37,090 nt of DNA from Octopus bimaculoides (lineage: Eukaryota): NCBI RefSeq assembly GCF_001194135.2, contig NC_068992.1:43828924-43866013 (forward strand), written 5' to 3'. The stretch's first letter is position 1, and every line of letters begins with the position of its first letter. This document shows positions 33,412 through 37,090 of the stretch, piece by piece. The notes under the pieces are model-generated. The model did no database searches and had not been told where the DNA came from. It saw nothing but the letters and a program-made list of their open reading frames with translations. The translations under genes and the position numbers were made by a program.

Positions 33412-35662
33412 TAATGACAAATTATATGATAGACATGAAAATGGTTGATGTCTTACGACAGGTCTTCCAAAATTTTATTAAACTGTAACCCCTTTCCTTT
33501 GATCAATCCCCTTTGCTATGATTCAGTGCTCCCTTGCTAAGATTTAACACTACCACCCTATTTTTAATGTACATATACTTAATATAAAGCCAGACTAATT
33601 AAGCTCCAAGTAGATTTATGGTCGAAGATGATGAACTTTTAGTACATCACTTCAGTCACACTTGGGTTCTTATTCATTGTGTCACATATATACTGATGTA
33701 GCTACCAGTTGAAATTTGTCTGCATATTCTCAATTCTAGTAGTAGTTTCTATATATTCACAAACTCATATGCTGTTTTCCCAGCAACATGCAAGTTTACA
33801 TATGTCTAGTTATAAATGTGAATAAATTATGGGATTAACAAACAGCCATCATAGCTAGAACCAACAACATTCTAGTAAACAGATAGGTATGAAAATGTGT
33901 GCATATAAGTCAGGGCATTACATAATGCTACAAGTGCAGTAGCATGTATGGAAATATTCAAAATTTTGACAGTGTCTTTTAAACTGATTTTAAGGTTACT
34001 GTATATAATTTTCATGCCATAGACGGTATATAATCAGTTTTTTTAAATTATTCATTTAATTTCATAGTCTACTTTTATTGTTTATTTGTTCTTGTTATTG
34101 TCATCATTACGACTGTGAATAACAAGCACTTTCTAATAATTACATATCTAAAATTATTTTAAAGTTTAATATTCAAATATGAAACAAAGACTAAAAATCT
34201 ATAAAAATGTATCTATTGCTCCTTCTTATTGTCCCCTTGCCCCAGTGGCCATATAAATTTTCACACACTTCAAGGTCAGTATCACCTACTTTGTGAAAAA
34301 CTGCCTCATTGTATTGAAACACAGGTGGTGAATGCAGAAGATTTTTAAAGAGTAGAATGCTAACATTTACTCAGAAATGTTTCCATTAAACAGGAATTTC
34401 TTGTGCAACATTTACAATAATTTTATTATTATATATCATTATATATATAATAAAAAAGATTGGAAATAAAAATAAAGCATATAGGAAGGATAAATTGTGC
34501 AGGAATATGAAAGTATTAAATTAACTGGACAGTCAAAATGATAATGTCTACAGATTAATCTGTTCTTAAGGACATTCTTCTTATATAGAGAAAATAGTTA
34601 TAAATAATTTTAACCATTGTAATTTATAGATTTAAAGAACAAAACTTTTGTCAACTGGTTAATCAGGCTGGAGTAAGCTTTTCTATGCTGATCATGTCTG
34701 ACGGATTGAAATATGTTCATAGTTATCCTTTGCTTCAATTTTGAATCCTGCTCCTGTATCATGTAAATTAACTCTGAGTATTTCATTTTTCATTTTATCT
34801 AGTTTCAGCTCATGAGCTGTGGCCATGCTGGGGCACCGCCAGTCTAATTGTTTGAAATTATTTCCCCTGTTCTTTGAATCTTACTAAAAATTACTACAGA
34901 ATTTTGTTTCTATCTTTAGTTTAGAGTGAAATTTTCTCTTAATTTAGAATTTTTGTATATAGAATTCAGTATGTCATCTTCATAATTTATTTTATATAAA
35001 TCCATGCCATGGGTCCATTTGAGTTATCAACCTTAGCTCATATTTTTTATTTAACTATACAAAATATACCAGCCTAAATTTGCTTGTAACTATTTTTTAC
35101 ATGTAAAAAACATTGTAACTTGGAGTAACTAAACTATACTGATGTCTAATGAGGTGTAACAGACAGAAACATACTCATAGTTGCACCTCCTGCCTGCAAA
35201 TTACTTTGAAAAATTAATTCTAAATTTTTTTAAATTATCTCCTCTTTTCCTTGAGAGTTGCCAACAATTGCAACTAGATTTTTATTTTCTTTCCCTACAT
35301 AAAAAGGAAATTTCAATTAATTAAGAATCTTTTGTATGCATCAACCCTTAGATTATACTATTTTTTTAACTCAGAACAATGTTACTGCTTTAGCCGTTTT
35401 AGAAAATATTATTTTTATATCCATTTTCATGCATCAACACTGTTTGGAAAAGTTGTTGAAAATTTCACTAATGACATGATTGACTGGAGATATTGATTTT
35501 ACAGCTGTTTGTCGTTCTTATTACTGACTACACAACCGTGGATTGAACCACTAAATGTAGAATAATGTGTCTTTCCTAGGGATTGAATAGCAACAATAAA
35601 ATTTGAACTGATAATACTGATCATTGTTGTTGAGCATATTAATCTTATAATTATTATGCTTC

Positions 35663-35664
<2 letters not shown>

Positions 35665-35698
<34 letters not shown>
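35665..35698. repeat. (TG)n microsatellite
   Basis: Direct reading. Confidence 0.95.
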
Positions 35699-35702
<4 letters not shown>

Positions 35703-36110
35703 GTATACAAATGAAATGTATTTCTCAAGGATTTTTATAATGAATGCAAGAAAAAGAAAGAAAAAAAAAAGAAAAGAATAAAGATCATTTCTAAAGGAAA
35801 ATCTTACATTTTTTTAATTCAGGATGAGCTGTTGAACAATTTGCCTGGCATTTAGCAACATACATTTCTTGAAGATAGTGATTTTGAACAAACGCCTAAA
35901 ACAGAATGATTCAGCAAAATTAACAACAGAGCAATATTCAAAACAATTTGATGATGATGATAACAATAGTGATGATAATCACTAGGCTATTGATGACAAT
36001 AGTAGTAAAACGCTTACAGTGTACAGCTAGTACTCTGTTTCCAAGACTGGTTTGAAGTTGTGTATACATATAAACACTCACCCATTCCTGCACCTATATG
36101 TATACATACA

Positions 36111-36158
<48 letters not shown>

Positions 36159-36364
36159 AGGAAAGAGTTTAGCCACTGTGGTCGTAAGAGACATGTTCTG
36201 TAAGTGCTCCAATTGATAAGCCACGAGGATCCAAGATTACAATGGATGCCAGAGCTAGGGATCCATAGCCTACTTCTGAGTCAGAGGATATGAATTAAAC
36301 TGCTAGATCCCATTTTTTTCAACTGGATGCATTACTCAACCTGCTTTCTGAACTATGGACTTAC

Positions 36365-36458
36365 CTGGTATTATAAGTATGGTGGTACACCTTCGCAGAA
36401 ATATGGATAAACCCCCACACCCTCCGGAACAAGATGAACTATGAGCCTTGACCTTCAT
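36365..36458 (-). CDS. Candidate first coding exon of the receptor gene
   Basis: ATG at 36458 gives MKVKAHSSSCSGGCGGLSIFLRRCTTILIIP and ends CCA G|gtaagt, a perfect donor in phase 1, compatible with the exon at 30869 (G+GG=Gly). The peptide is an atypical signal sequence. Confidence 0.35.
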
Positions 36459-36854
36459 GCTTGTCTCTACATCAGATTTTCTATCTACACCTCCACACTG
36501 AAATTTCCTGCATATATATCTTGTCTCCAATGATGGAATACCCAGTATATGGAAATGCAGATCAATACATTATCTGGGATATCCTAGAAGCAGCTGTAAG
36601 ACATTATTTACTTCAATACACCATTATAATAATTAAAATAATTTAATAATTTAAGTGATGTGATAAGCTTGTCCTGATTTGGCCTTGTTTTCCTCTTCTT
36701 TTAATATATGTGGTTGGCATTAGGAAGGGCATCCAGTTGTAGAAACTGTCAGACCAGACTGGAGCCTGGTGCAGCCACTAGCTCTCCAGACTTCAGTCAA
36801 ACCATCCAACCCATGCTAGCATGGAAAACAGACGTTAACCGATGATGGTGATAG

Positions 36855-37090
36855 TGCACCGACCAGATCTGTGGCTGGTGTAAGGTCCCCTCTCGACCCA
36901 GAGTAACGTGGTGGTGGAACAAGGAGGTAGACAGGGCTATTAGACAAAAGAAACAGGCTTGGAAGGACTGGAAGAACGGTGGTAGCAGGGAATTGTACCA
37001 ATGTGCCAGAAGGGAGGCTAGGTGACAGGTTTATTTAGCCAGAGGGGAAGCAGATAAGAAAAGATTTGCCAATGTTCTGCGCCGTGAGGA
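36855..37090 (+). mobile_element. RTE-clade LINE ORF fragment (between endonuclease and RT), runs off the window
   Basis: TDQICGWCKVPSRPRVTWWWNKEVDRAIRQKKQAWKDWK...AR*QVYLARGEADKKRFANVLRRE; abuts the sequence seen at ~5900 in the minus-strand copy. Confidence 0.85.

Overview
Repeat-rich, AT-rich animal genomic DNA with five N-gaps. The repeat families look cephalopod (Octopus-like); this is an inference. The left ~12.5 kb is a pile of dead mobile elements: an RT-deleted Ty3/Gypsy retrotransposon, a foldback element with internal head-to-head TTAGGG repeats, RTE and R4-like LINE pieces, tRNA-derived SINEs and mariners. The main result is a minus-strand spliced gene that the ORF track does not show as a gene. 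Nine exons (30869-30664, 29714-29621, 28335-28103, 27305-27212, 24727-24501, 24396-24297, 22538-22497, 19692-19629, 15564-15255) all have canonical AG/GT boundaries. Their intron phases chain (1-0,0-1,1-0,0-1,1-0,0-1,1-1,1-2,2-stop) into one stop-free ~456-aa frame. The product is a type I membrane protein: three ~100-110-aa two-exon modules resembling very divergent PLAT/LH2 domains with N-glycosylation sequons, a stalk, one TM helix and an acidic tyrosine-motif-rich tail. A second, diverged copy of the tail exon lies ~2.7 kb downstream with its acceptor changed AG->AA. The 5' end (signal peptide) is unresolved. The introns are filled with Tc1/mariner elements, MITEs and SINEs.
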